Below are positions 11,583-22,934 of a stretch of DNA of 64,000 nt, piece after piece. Both the position numbers and the translations under genes were made by a program. A model generated the notes under the pieces. It saw only the letters and a program-made list of their open reading frames with translations, had not been told where the DNA came from and ran no database searches. Source of the DNA: Minutocellus sp. GHC0000111 (lineage: Eukaryota); NCBI GenBank assembly GCA_977018835.1, contig OZ361259.1, positions 186,001 through 250,000 of the forward strand, written 5' to 3'. The number at the start of each line of letters is the position of its first letter. The stretch's first letter is position 1.

Positions 11583-11973
11583 GTTGCACGCACAGACAAA
11601 TCTGGGATAGAAAAGCGCGTCTCAACCGCGACGTGGCGCCGACAATCCTATTCCTCGGTCCATCATTCTTCAGGCAGCAGCGCGCATCGAACACCCTCGC
11701 GAGAGTACCTCGAGTCAATAGCAAAGGTACCACATCGAGCATCCTGGCAGTACTGATCGCCGCGCATTATTGTTCGGTTGTAGCGAAGACGGTAGCTGAA
11801 GGACCCTCGCAGCAGTATATACTTATCGTCGGCTATCTTCTGACAAACACATAGAGCCTCCTTGAAGTACTTATCGCCGCGCACACACTGAAGGCAACAT
11901 GGACGAGGCTCTCGAAGTTTTCGCCAGTGATGGCATGGAAACGCAGAGCAGGTCGTTCAACTGCACGGCTCTG
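11508..11973. repeat. 80-bp inverted repeat (11508-11587 / 11894-11973, one mismatch) duplicating the GT2 5' coding segment
   Basis: GCAACATGGACGAGGCTCTCGAAGTTTTCGCCAGTGATGGC...CTGCACGGCTCTG is present on both strands. Confidence 0.9.
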
Positions 11974-12097
11974 CCCCGTCAGATCTCAAAAGATGCAACT
12001 TGATACGACCCAAACATCGATTGTGACATTGGTTGAAGCCTTACTTATCCCACAATCCTTCAAGCCACGTCCAGGAAAACACCAAACATTGCTCGCT

Positions 12098-13763
12098 ATG
12101 CATTTGAACTCACTTTCCCCTCTCATCACCGCGGCTCTCCCTTGGCTGGTCTTGATTGCCGCTGCATCTGTTTCGCCGTCCCATTCCTACTTTCATATCT
12201 TTTTCATTCTTTGCGCTACGCCACCCGGACATCTCTTCTCGGTTGGCTTCCTCGCATGGGCGATCTATTTGCTTCGATTGCTCTGGAACACATCATTTTT
12301 CATCGTCGAATACATCAAGCTTCGGCAAAAAGTTTGGTACTCATCTTTGCCATCCACTGTCGACGAGGTGACCAAGGAAGATCCTAGCAAAAGTAGCGAC
12401 GTTCAAGCCGAAACACCGCTGAGAAGAAAGACACTAATTCTGCTCGATTTTACAGCAACTGCCACACTCTACTTTGGGCTATGTTCATTTGCCTATGCAT
12501 TTTGGTCTCCGTCTACTTTCGATCTCGAGAAGCCATCTATAGAATCCCTCACTTTTCCTCCATCATTCACATTTGGTGCATCCACAAGCGCATACCAAGT
12601 AGAAGGCTAAAATTACAACACCCAGTGGTCCAGGTTCGAGAACGAGACTGGCATAGAGCGATGTGGTGCTGCTGCCGATGTGTGGAATCGTTTCGAATCT
12701 GATATTGAGAATCTAATAGTAGCCGAGGATGGTCTGCATCTCGATTCCTTTCGTCTTTCGGTAGAATGGTCAAGAATTGAACCAGAACAAGGCGTGTTCG
12801 ACGAGGAGGCCTTGGACAGATATGCCTCCTGGATAGTAGTACTTCGTTCCAATGGAATCAAACCATTAGTGACGCTGCATCACTTTACGAACCCAATTTG
12901 GTTCGAGGACATGGGTGCCTTTGAGAATGAAACTGCACCATCGCTTATTGTGCCCTTTGTGCGAAAAGTTGTTGAACGGCTTGGAACAGATGTTGATACC
13001 TACATTACCATGAATGAAATCATGGTGTATGCCGGTAATGGGTTTTTTTATGGGCGAATTTCCACCAGGTAGAAAAGGAGAGCTCGGAACAATGCTGAAA
13101 GTTGTCCGAAATATGCTAAAATGTCATGCGGCAATGTATCATGCGATAAAGGAATCCAACCCGGAAGCATCTGTCTCAATCGCAAAGAACACAATACTAT
13201 ACCAACCCGGCAGCTATTTGGATTTGATTTCCATTGTTGCAGCTACGATAAGCGATGTTTACTACAATGCAATGCCAATACGGGTATTAGAACGGCAAGG
13301 GACAATAGATTATCTCGGACTCAACACGTACATACGCATGAAGGTTTCTCGACTCGGTAGCTTTATGGGATTTGTAAATCCTCCTAAAAACCAAAATGAT
13401 ATGGGATGGGACCTGGAGCCCCAAGTTCTCTATCAGGTTGTCAAGCAATATCATTCCTACATGCCTGGCTTGGACATCATCATTACAGAGCATGGAGTTG
13501 CCGACGGTGACATGCCAGATTCACGGAGAGTGAACTTCCTTCGCGATTCCTTGATTGGTTTAGCTAGGGCGATTAATGAGGAGGGAATGCCCGTCACTGG
13601 GTATTGTCACTGGAGTCTTGTTGATAATTTCGAGTGGAGCTCGGGTTTTGCTCCGCACTTTGGACTATATCACATTGATCTACCCCATAATCAAACACGG
13701 AGTATAACCGAGGGTGGGAAGCTGTACCGAGAAATTGTAGAATCCCACAAAGTTCCGTTATAA
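12098..13763 (+). pseudogene. GH1 beta-glucosidase with N-terminal TM segments; in-frame TAA at 12608 and frameshift in T7 run at 13043-13049
   Basis: FGASTSAYQVEG, FRLSVEWSRIEP, TLHHFTNP, ITMNEI (acid/base), IITEHG (nucleophile), WSLVDNFEW. Confidence 0.85.
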
Positions 13764-13831
13764 TTGTAGAGACACATCGATTAAATCCCTTTAGCTCTAT
13801 ATATCGAATATAATTCTTGCGCCCATATCAT

Positions 13832-16054
13832 TTACTTCTTCTCAGCCGCAGACGCTTCTTCCATGATTATGTCCTCCGACATTTTACGATAAGTTACAAG
13901 CGCTTCCTTGGCAAGTGTCCCTGGGGATGGTGCACCTGCTTGAGATGGTACACCTGCCTTGGCTGCCGGTGGAGGAGTTGTGCTACTAGCGGTGCTTTGC
14001 CGACGGGGAGGCGTCGAGGCGCGAATGGCAGCTGCTACGGCAGCCTTGGTTGCTGCCGCAATAGTTTCCTTATCAACGACGCCCTTCTTACCACCCTTTT
14101 CAGGCGAGTTTGCAGCCGACGCGGCCTTTGCTACTACTTCTGCCGCAGCCTTTTTGGCAGCCGCCATGGCGGCTGCTCTGGCATCAAATGCTGGCTGCGA
14201 CGTTGCCGATACTGGTGGAGAGGGTGGCGTCGTAGTGCTCGTGGAAGGTACTTGCGTAGGAGCCGCCTTGGCTTTGGCCTCGGTGCTTGCAGTAGTGGCG
14301 GCGGTAGTACTAGGGGGCTGCTTTGGAAGTGGCGCATTAGTTTTCTTAGCGGCAGTAGGAGCGACAGAAGATATAACCACTTTCGTCGATGTGGCCCTGG
14401 CTGGTTGCCCGCCCACTTTCTGCTTCTTTGGCGGTGGGCCCGTTGATGTCACCGATGAAGACACCGCAGGTGCGGAAAGAGCAGAGGCAGGCTTTCTACT
14501 AGTAGGCACCGGAACTGGTGGAGATGGCGGTACAATCGTCCCGTGAACAACCCCGGCAGGCAATCTCGTTAGCTTCACTCGCACCAGAACAGGAGGGCCC
14601 TTCTTGCCTTTTCCCTTGGCTGCCGTCGCGGGCTTCTTCTCCTTGGAATGATGAGGCGCCTCCACCTCCAACGGATTCTTCAGCTCTCCACTGGCCAATC
14701 TCCGGCGCAGCTCCTTGAAGGCAGCAAGATCATGATATCCCAGCATGGTCTTGGGATCGCGATACCGTGCCTTCTTCCCGGTGATGATGCATACAGTCGG
14801 ATCCGGTCCACCGTGATGAGAATGATTATGTCGTCGATGATGATGCTGATGCTTGCCATGTCCATGCGTGCCTCCCGAAAGCACCGCGGGGACGGCATCC
14901 ATATCGGGAAACGTAATGGTATTGAGGCACCCCCGCCGAGAATGGAACTTCGAAATGACCCGACTCTCTCCGCTACCACCACCAGCACCTCCCTTGTGAT
15001 GGTGCTTCCCATGCAGAGCATCCTGCAGCACCTCCGCCTCCTCCATGATGCGCTTCCGTCCCAGTATCCACCGTTCGTTCTCCGGCTCGGTCACATTGGC
15101 CGCCTCAATTAGCAGTTCCTCCTGCGTAAATCGCTTCTTGGTTGGGTTGGCCTTTTGCCGAGAGGCGATCTGCGCCTGCCTCTTGGCTGTTTCTTTTGTT
15201 TGCTGCTTGATGGACGCCTCGGTCGCCACGCTCTTGGTGACGGTGGCAGCTCGAAGAGACCGCTTGGGGGCTAGCTCGGCCGCAATCTTTGCGGACGACC
15301 GCGATGCCCGACGAGTTGATGCGGTTGCTGCTGTTTTTGCTTTTGGTGCTGCTGTTTTTGCTTTTGGTGCTGCTGCTGCGGCTATAGGAGGGACAGCAGC
15401 AGCTGCTGGCGGTGGAGGCGGGGTTGGAGCCTTGGCTGCAGCGGCACCGGCCGCACCAGGAAAGTTGAGGACCAGACCAGCATTGGCCCCATCTCCCACG
15501 GCCAGACCACCGCCCACCCCGCCCTTCTTCTTGCCGTGCTTCTTCCGCTGTCGCATCAATTCCCGTCCGGCATTGGCGGCAATGTCCACGTAGGCCCCGG
15601 CCTTCTTATTCTTGCTCCTGCGCCGCTCCTCGCGTTGCATCTCCTTTTCCCGTTCGGCCGCCTTGCGCTGCGCTTCTTCCTCATCTTCCTCGTCTTCCGA
15701 CTCATCGAAATCGGAGTCAAACTTGTCCACCCGATCCTCTTCCTCTTCGTCCGACAATCGATACGACCCAGCGCCGGACGACATGCTCCCGTCGTCGGAG
15801 GAATCGTCGTCACTGTCATCGTCGTCGTCAGATCCACCGCCGGTACCGCCGCCGCCGCTCTTTCCGAAGCCACCCTCCTCGTCCCACGTCTTGTGGGACC
15901 AAAAGGCCTCGTCGGCCTCGGCCGCCTTGCCGGCCAGGTTGGTCATGCGGGTGCCGGCGGTGGAACGACGCGAGCGGGACAGGACGGCCGCCTCGACCGG
16001 TTCGTCATCCTCGGAGGAGGAGGCAGACAAAATTTCCTCGTCGCTGGAGTTCAT
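13832..16054 (-). CDS. VPS72: YL1/Vps72/Swc2 (SWR1 complex H2A.Z chaperone)
   Basis: SRRSTAGTRM, TQEELLIEA..TE.EN, and YL1_C motif CIITGKKARYRDPKT..GY. Confidence 0.85.
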   Translation of the reverse strand: MNSSDEEILSASSSEDDEPVEAAVLSRSRRSTAGTRMTNLAGKAAEADEAFWSHKTWDEEGGFGKSGGGGTGGGSDDDDDSDDDSSDDGSMSSGAGSYRLSDEEEEDRVDKFDSDFDESEDEEDEEEAQRKAAEREKEMQREERRRSKNKKAGAYVDIAANAGRELMRQRKKHGKKKGGVGGGLAVGDGANAGLVLNFPGAAGAAAAKAPTPPPPPAAAAVPPIAAAAAPKAKTAAPKAKTAATASTRRASRSSAKIAAELAPKRSLRAATVTKSVATEASIKQQTKETAKRQAQIASRQKANPTKKRFTQEELLIEAANVTEPENERWILGRKRIMEEAEVLQDALHGKHHHKGGAGGGSGESRVISKFHSRRGCLNTITFPDMDAVPAVLSGGTHGHGKHQHHHRRHNHSHHGGPDPTVCIITGKKARYRDPKTMLGYHDLAAFKELRRRLASGELKNPLEVEAPHHSKEKKPATAAKGKGKKGPPVLVRVKLTRLPAGVVHGTIVPPSPPVPVPTSRKPASALSAPAVSSSVTSTGPPPKKQKVGGQPARATSTKVVISSVAPTAAKKTNAPLPKQPPSTTAATTASTEAKAKAAPTQVPSTSTTTPPSPPVSATSQPAFDARAAAMAAAKKAAAEVVAKAASAANSPEKGGKKGVVDKETIAAATKAAVAAAIRASTPPRRQSTASSTTPPPAAKAGVPSQAGAPSPGTLAKEALVTYRKMSEDIIMEEASAAEKK

Positions 16055-16451
16055 TGTTTTTGTTATTGTAATTCCAATTGAAGTTGGCAGCCAATTGCAA
16101 TAATATATCCTCTATTATGTGTGTCTAGGCTAGCTAGCAACAAAGGCAGCTCGGGACAGCCGCTTGGTGCTCGTTCAGAGAGGAGTGGCGTATCTTGGCA
16201 CAAGATGTGCTGAGTCGAGCAGGATCGGTTGACGGAAAGACCATATTTGCGCCTTGAGCCTTGCCTTGTGTCCAGAGTTGAGTTGAGACTGTGCTTGGGC
16301 AAGAAGGCAACTTCGTGTGCACCATCAAAGAGGATATTAATGGATCCATACCAGTACATCCATTTTCTAGAGCTGATTGTTAATTTCAAGAAGAAAGTTG
16401 TTTTTACCGGCACATGCCATTTTCACTGACCCAAACTCTGCTCTTCCCTCC

Positions 16452-17933
16452 TCAAGGCAACAGCTGATTGGGATACTGGGCCAACCTAAGCTGCCGACCT
16501 TCGAACTCCACCATTTGCATTTCACGTATGGCCGCACGGGCATCGGCGGCAGTCTCGAATCGAACAATGAACGCATTGGTCGCTATCGGCGTATCGACCA
16601 TCAACGGTTGGATGTCGTCACTGTTCTCACCGTGATAGTTGCGATCGGGATAGAAGGGTTTGCCATCCTTCCTACGGCCGTAGTTGCCCTGAACCAAGAG
16701 CTGCGCGGCGTCCAAACCCTTGTCATCTCGCAATCGACGGGTATCGATAATGTCGTACCTTCGACAAAGATACCGCATGTCTTCCGGGGTGGACTGCACC
16801 GGGCAGTTCTCCACCCGAATGACGGAATCGTCCAAACGCAGTCGGACGGCACGATCGAACGATCGTTCGACCAGGGGCGTATCGGAACTAAACGACCCAG
16901 AGAGCATTCGGCCCTTAGCGGGGTCAAACTCACCCACCGACAGGGTTCTGCCACCGATGGAAACGGCAAGACGGCGGCCTGGTCCCTTGTTGGCATCTTC
17001 GTCGGCATGACTTAGGATGGCCTGAACGCAGCTCCGATCCGGCATGCGAAGGTACCAACCAGAGGGCCGTCCAAGGACTGAAAGAAGCAACCGCGCCTCT
17101 TGGATGTAGCTTCCATTCAGAGAGGCATCGTGCAGCGATGGATCCCAAAAGGGAAGATCCTCCATACTGGGAGAAGGTGTGGTCTCCTTTTCATTCTTCT
17201 CTCCCTCGACATCAACTTCCTCCTCCTGATCCTGATCCTCCACAAACTGCTCCGCCTTGTCAAGGTCGATGATCCCACTGTCAATCTCCCTCTGCATGAC
17301 CCGGGCGATGCAATCGGCAACGTCCTCCAAAATGGACGACGGTGGGATGTTCTGCACGCATATCCACGACGTGGTGGCAATCGGTCGGGGCTGCGGTTCC
17401 TCGTTCTTTTGAGGAGGGGTGTAAGAGTCGGAAGGACGATTGTGTCCTCGTCCCCGTCCGCGACCACCGCGACCTCGTCCGCGTCCACCGGCATGACGTC
17501 CACGACCCCCGGCATGGTGCCTGCCACCACCTCGTCCATTGTGATGGCTGCCGTTTCTATTACGCTCACCAGCCTGCTGCTGACTTCTTGGGTCGCCGCC
17601 ATCTTGGGAACTTTCGTCATCCTTCGTCTTGAACCAATCAGTTCCGTGGTTGTTGTCGTCTTGCTCCGCCATCTTCCTCATGTTGTTATCCTTATTGACG
17701 TCAAAATGCACCGACGGCAGCCGATCGCCCCCGAGGCCAGCCTCTGGCTTGATTTCGGCATCGCCGTGGAGGGCCGCAGACGTCGTACCAAAGGATCGGT
17801 ACGTGTTTGTTGTCAATGGGCGGCTGCCGGAAAGTTGTGCCGCTGACGCCGATGGTATCTGCCTCGGTCGCCTGGCGCCGGGTACAAGTGCAGATGTAGA
17901 AGCTTGCCTTGCAGCTGATATGAAGCGTTTCAT
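16452..17933 (-). CDS. RRM-like RNA-binding protein with RGG region, possibly mitochondrial
   Basis: R/S/A-rich leader MKRFISAARQ, RGG repeats, VIRVENCP...AFIVRFETAADARAAIRE. Confidence 0.65.
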   Translation of the reverse strand: MKRFISAARQASTSALVPGARRPRQIPSASAAQLSGSRPLTTNTYRSFGTTSAALHGDAEIKPEAGLGGDRLPSVHFDVNKDNNMRKMAEQDDNNHGTDWFKTKDDESSQDGGDPRSQQQAGERNRNGSHHNGRGGGRHHAGGRGRHAGGRGRGRGGRGRGRGHNRPSDSYTPPQKNEEPQPRPIATTSWICVQNIPPSSILEDVADCIARVMQREIDSGIIDLDKAEQFVEDQDQEEEVDVEGEKNEKETTPSPSMEDLPFWDPSLHDASLNGSYIQEARLLLSVLGRPSGWYLRMPDRSCVQAILSHADEDANKGPGRRLAVSIGGRTLSVGEFDPAKGRMLSGSFSSDTPLVERSFDRAVRLRLDDSVIRVENCPVQSTPEDMRYLCRRYDIIDTRRLRDDKGLDAAQLLVQGNYGRRKDGKPFYPDRNYHGENSDDIQPLMVDTPIATNAFIVRFETAADARAAIREMQMVEFEGRQLRLAQYPNQLLP

Positions 17934-18380
17934 GACTGGTGGTAGGCGAAAATTCAAAGGGCGGACACAGTTCAATTAGGTACTGTATTGTACATTTGTA
18001 TCAGCAGCACGAGATGGGATCGAATGATGCGATGGCTATGGCGAGATGAAGATGGTCGGTTCTGCTTGATTTGATGGTCTTTCCGTCCGCAAAAAATAAT
18101 CGGGATTATAATCGGGATTATAATCGGGAGTAGGGGTGGCGCAGGTCATTGCATCATGAGACGCCCGTGGGAGATACCACCGTTGCACCGCCCTTGTGAT
18201 CGCCTGATCGGAGCAATTCCACGCACAAGATAGCTAGATCAAAGACTAAAGAGATTCCTTGATACATTTATTCAATTGCGATTTACCCCAGTGAGCCGGC
18301 AGTCATTTCGTCGCACAACCAAATCTGCATTGCGGATCGGCTGGTGTCTGTTTCGAGACGGTCATTTCCCCCCCACAGGT

Positions 18381-20291
18381 ATGCAACGATATCCCTCGAT
18401 CACACGAGATTATCGTGCCGGCGGTTCAGGTGCGGCACCGGCAGGTGCTTCCTATCGTGGCAACCGGACAGCCGGTGAGGTTCCTCAATGGCTCGTGGAT
18501 ACGTGCAATGAAGATAATGAGTACGACGAGGAGTACGAATACCAACAGCAAGATGATTACAGGGACAACTCAGCACACATGTCTCATCATTATCGTCAGG
18601 ACGAGGCTGCCTCTCGCAAGTCGAGCCTTGATACCCTGGAAACCTTTCGGGCCGACAACACTACGGCGGGGACATCATTCATGCAACAACAAATGCACTA
18701 CAATGGCGAATATACTTCCAATTTTGATTATGCCGATGCCGATGATGGTGGTCAGAATCCTTATATGTTTGAACCATATGAGGAGCAAGTTGAAGATTTT
18801 GCAAAGACAGATTGCTATCCCGAAGACGATGCTCAATATACGCATGGCCAGAACAGAATGAATGATTATTACAGGGAAGAACAACAACCCCAGGTACCCC
18901 CAAGACAGTCTTTCAAGGAATATCAACGCTACGTCATGGAACAGCAACAATACTTGCCATCGAACAAATCTGGCAGAGGTTCGGGTGTTGGCCGTGGCAT
19001 CCTAGGTACCGTTGGTGGGTTTTTGAATGATCGGATGATGGCGCTTCAGAAACAGGGGCAATCGACATCCAACCTCATGGGAAGTATGGCAGGGCCCAAG
19101 CCGACAATGCCGCCGCGGCAATCTTCTATGAGGCATCGTGATGGTTCCCTCCGAGGTGGTCGGTATCAGCAGCAGCAGCAGCAGCAGCAGCAGCGATCGC
19201 AGCGTCAAATGACATTTCAAGCTGCGACATCTCCGCAACAGCATCCAATGGAAGAGCCCCCACCCATTAGTAGGCAGGAAGAGCTGATGATGATGGAGTT
19301 GTCGGGCGACGCGGTTCCTATTAGGGGTGGCGGAGGCAATCAGCGGAGTATACAAAGACAAAGGTCCCAAAGACCGGCTACTAGAACTGCGCAGTGGGAG
19401 GCGAGTAATAGCGGCTCGCGATTTGCGACGAGCAGATCGAGCGTTCATTCTTCCGAGTCGTCAATCTCCTCTCTATCCAGCAGAAGGGCGCTGCGCTATC
19501 ATGATCCAGAGTACAAACCAGAAGAAGACGAAGAGGAGGAATATTTTGACACAAACGGGCAGGAACTTATATGTGGCTGGGGGCATGAAGATGAGGTAGA
19601 GGCTGAAGATGTTGGTAGATACACTGCAGGCGCCGGTAGCTACGACATGCGCCCACCACCTCCACCACCCTGGACTTCTCACCCACGATATCGAAGGCAA
19701 CAAAATTATAGCAGTGGGGCTGCTACTATTCACAACCAGAGTCAGCAAGAAATGTATGAGGAACCAGAGGCCTATGAAAGCTTCCAAGATATGTTGCCCA
19801 GACGAGAAGGAGGGTCGCCAAAAGATAAGCTTGTCGGAATGGTAAAAAAGCAAGTCAACTTCCGTTCGCCCGAGTTCAATAGGCCGCCGCTTGTTCCTAA
19901 CGGCCGAGGACAGCCGGCCCATTACGACCCTGGCCCAATGCCAAGATATCAAGCTGAGGATCCACCTAGCCGAAATGAATTGCCTAGAAGGAGAGAAAAG
20001 CCAGCAGAACAAGTTCCCGCCCATTCTCACATCCAAACAATAAAGCGGCAACTCTTGCAGCAAAGCCGAAACAATAACAGCCTTACTTCATTAACAAACT
20101 ATGAGATCGACGCGAAGACAGAAGAAGGTGGGCACCCAGGGACTGAAGGAAAGGAGCGGCGTGTCTCCGATGTGACATTTGAGCCTATGCTAGAGCAACT
20201 ACTCAATTTCAATGGGAGCAAGAGCTCCCTAACTAGTTCTCTCAATGATAGTGGGAGTCTCAATGCCGATCAGATTGCTTCGCTGAGTTAG
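18381..20291 (+). CDS. Low-complexity Q/Y/R-rich hypothetical protein
   Basis: Open frame of more than 630 codons with a (CAG)n poly-Q tract; no recognisable domain. Confidence 0.6.
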   Translation: MQRYPSITRDYRAGGSGAAPAGASYRGNRTAGEVPQWLVDTCNEDNEYDEEYEYQQQDDYRDNSAHMSHHYRQDEAASRKSSLDTLETFRADNTTAGTSFMQQQMHYNGEYTSNFDYADADDGGQNPYMFEPYEEQVEDFAKTDCYPEDDAQYTHGQNRMNDYYREEQQPQVPPRQSFKEYQRYVMEQQQYLPSNKSGRGSGVGRGILGTVGGFLNDRMMALQKQGQSTSNLMGSMAGPKPTMPPRQSSMRHRDGSLRGGRYQQQQQQQQQRSQRQMTFQAATSPQQHPMEEPPPISRQEELMMMELSGDAVPIRGGGGNQRSIQRQRSQRPATRTAQWEASNSGSRFATSRSSVHSSESSISSLSSRRALRYHDPEYKPEEDEEEEYFDTNGQELICGWGHEDEVEAEDVGRYTAGAGSYDMRPPPPPPWTSHPRYRRQQNYSSGAATIHNQSQQEMYEEPEAYESFQDMLPRREGGSPKDKLVGMVKKQVNFRSPEFNRPPLVPNGRGQPAHYDPGPMPRYQAEDPPSRNELPRRREKPAEQVPAHSHIQTIKRQLLQQSRNNNSLTSLTNYEIDAKTEEGGHPGTEGKERRVSDVTFEPMLEQLLNFNGSKSSLTSSLNDSGSLNADQIASLS

Positions 20292-20368
20292 AATATGTCT
20301 AAATTTACACGTTTTCACAACTTCCCCCTCCCTTTACTGCCATGGTAGCTAGCTTGTCTACTACGTAG

Positions 20369-22027
20369 CTAGCAAACGCCTTCGCTCTCCCATTCTGGCG
20401 GTGACTTGACAAGCTCAACAATAACCAGGGCCGTCGCAATCCCAAGCAAGGCAGATAAGCTAAACGCAATGATACTGTTCTTTCCTGATCGTCTTGATAA
20501 TATCATGGAAAATGCTCGTCCCGACCCACCAGAGACCAAGCCAACCGACCAAATGGACGCAAAGTAGCCGGGAGAAATAATTAGCCCAGCAGTAAAATTA
20601 TGCAACGTATTGGTGCCAGAATTGAGAAGAGCAACCACAGACGTCGTGGTACTAGAGTGCAATGGATTCATATTGAGCAAGAGAAGCGTTGGTCCCAATA
20701 TTTCTCCACCACCGATGCCTAATATGGCTGATATGAGACCAACAAGAAATGCTGCCAGGGGTAGCCACCAAACCAAGACGTTAAATTCTGACGAGCTGCT
20801 TTCGGGCTGTGCTGTCGTCGTCGTTGCCGTCTGATCATTGTCCTCCCACACATCACCGTCCTCTTCGTTTACACTCTGCTCTCTATTACTATCGCGCGTC
20901 TGGTCGGCAATAGCTTGCTCGACTTCAATGCGATGCACAAGCAATACTCGGCCCCTCCAAATGAAAATAAGCCCAATAAGCACGGGGAGGAACACAACAA
21001 CAAAGTACGCAAGGGAGCATTTTGCGATGGAGCTGCTCTTTTGTGCCAAAAATGTTGCAGCATCCAAAACCCAACACGAAAAGATGAGCTTCTCAACTCT
21101 ACATCGAAGTATCCCTTTGTAACATATCGCGTTCTCCATTGATACAACGCTGGCACCAATCTGCTCTGTATCCGCATCTTCTTCGTTCTCGATATCACTA
21201 CTTGACTCTGCAACTCTATTATCCATCGCCTTGTACTGAAATGCGGACTCGTTATCATCGCCATCCTCCTCAAAGCCAGAATTTTCATTCTCTTCTGCTG
21301 AACTCGACATTAGATCTGCCTGACCAAGCGCCGCATCCTCTTCCTCCTTCCACATCTTGATGGCCTTCATAGTCGTTTTGACGACGCCCAAGGACAAGGT
21401 AAACAATGCCAATATCAAAATTGCCGTCGATGGCACCAATCCCTGTAGGGTCAAGGCTGTACTGCCACCTGCCAACAACCCTGGCAATATTACCAAGACG
21501 GCAGCCGATACTGTCTGATACAGGGAGTCGTCATCGGATCTACCTTCGTCCACATGCCCATGTGACCTTTGTTTCCGAATGCACCAGGCATTGCTGATGT
21601 AGAAGGTTGCCTGCCCCAGACAATTGCCAAATACTCCCGCGTGGCTCAAAACAATCGACTCCTTCGGTGTGAAATTCATCACCATAACAATGAGAGGGAA
21701 GAGCAGTCCTCCGCCGCCGATTCCGCCCATGGCAGCCAGGAAGCAACACCCGGCGATCAATAGTAGCGCAATTACATCACGGCCTGAAATTGGGTTGTTG
21801 GCGAGGGTCTTGTGAAGGCAGTAGTATTCGTTATTGGATAGATAGCTAGGGTCAAGGGCACAGTATCGGTCAGGACCGCAGTCTATTGAGGTCGAGGTGT
21901 CATCGCCGGTGTCGGGTGTACATGGTGTAGGGACGTCACCAGGCGCTATGGGGAGAACATCAGCGTTTGTGCAATTCGGCAAAAAGGCGCATGCGACCAA
22001 TGCAATAAGGTAGATGTTACATCTCAT
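20369..22027 (-). CDS. TauE/SafE (sulfite exporter / TSUP) family membrane protein
   Basis: Two GIGGG(G)..P motifs in two TM halves; signal peptide. Confidence 0.85.
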   Translation of the reverse strand: MRCNIYLIALVACAFLPNCTNADVLPIAPGDVPTPCTPDTGDDTSTSIDCGPDRYCALDPSYLSNNEYYCLHKTLANNPISGRDVIALLLIAGCCFLAAMGGIGGGGLLFPLIVMVMNFTPKESIVLSHAGVFGNCLGQATFYISNAWCIRKQRSHGHVDEGRSDDDSLYQTVSAAVLVILPGLLAGGSTALTLQGLVPSTAILILALFTLSLGVVKTTMKAIKMWKEEEDAALGQADLMSSSAEENENSGFEEDGDDNESAFQYKAMDNRVAESSSDIENEEDADTEQIGASVVSMENAICYKGILRCRVEKLIFSCWVLDAATFLAQKSSSIAKCSLAYFVVVFLPVLIGLIFIWRGRVLLVHRIEVEQAIADQTRDSNREQSVNEEDGDVWEDNDQTATTTTAQPESSSSEFNVLVWWLPLAAFLVGLISAILGIGGGEILGPTLLLLNMNPLHSSTTTSVVALLNSGTNTLHNFTAGLIISPGYFASIWSVGLVSGGSGRAFSMILSRRSGKNSIIAFSLSALLGIATALVIVELVKSPPEWESEGVC

Positions 22028-22283
22028 GGTTTCCGTGGCAAGCTACGTGTACGTGCAAAAGCAGTAATCGTTTCGTTGGCTCTCTCAGTTTGCAAGTTGC
22101 TGCCGAGCACAGGATGAAAGTCTTGGCGGTTTGCGGGAGATGGTGAGTGAGATACGACGTGAGAGGTGTGGTATGCGAGCATCATGGAGCGGCGGTTCGG
22201 CTCGGCTCCATCATCCAGTTGTATCGCAGGCCCGCAGAAAACTCGAGTGAAAGCAGAAAGCAGCGAAAAGGCAAGGGGGCAAG

Positions 22284-22934
22284 ATGAGCGAGACTCTCGA
22301 GAAGAAGCGCAAGGTCGAGGAAGAGGAGGCGGCGGCCGAACCCGCCGCCAAGAAGGCCAAGACCGAGAACAACGGGGATGCTGCCGCTCGTAGCACAACG
22401 CTCGGCACAAATGCCGACGGCGAACGGTACGCCGAGCTCGGGCCCAAGAAGCGGGTCACGGTCCGCCAGTGGAAGAAGAATGTCCTGGTGGATATCCGTG
22501 AGGTATGTTGATGGCGGGTTGGTTGCGGTGCATGTGTGATACATATACGCATGTGATTCAACGAGCATCATCTCCCCATCCCGGTTTCTCGTACTTATTG
22601 CAGTATCCGCCTTTCGGGTTTATTTTGATGAGAGAGCATGTGAATACTTCGCCGAGTTGTCTACTATTAAAGATCGTTGTATCATGCAGTAGCCAAGTGC
22701 ATATATTGAGCGCCCTTTACCTACCACATCACTCACATTCATAACTCATGTCTCATTGCTCACCAATTGGCACAGTTCTATGAAAAGGACGGCAAAACTC
22801 TTCCAGGCAAGAAAGGAATTAGTCTCACGCTGGATCAGTACAAGGCTTTGAGGACTGCCATTCTCGACGGTAGCATTGACGGTGCGGTAGAAGCCCTCGG
22901 CGGTACTCTTTCTGATGATGGAGATGAGAACTAA
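22284..22934 (+). CDS. SUB1: Transcriptional coactivator PC4/p15; exons 22284-22502 and 22776-22934
   Basis: ELGPKKRVTVRQWKKNVLVDIRE|FYEKDGKTLPGKKGISL across a GTATG...CAG intron. Confidence 0.9.
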
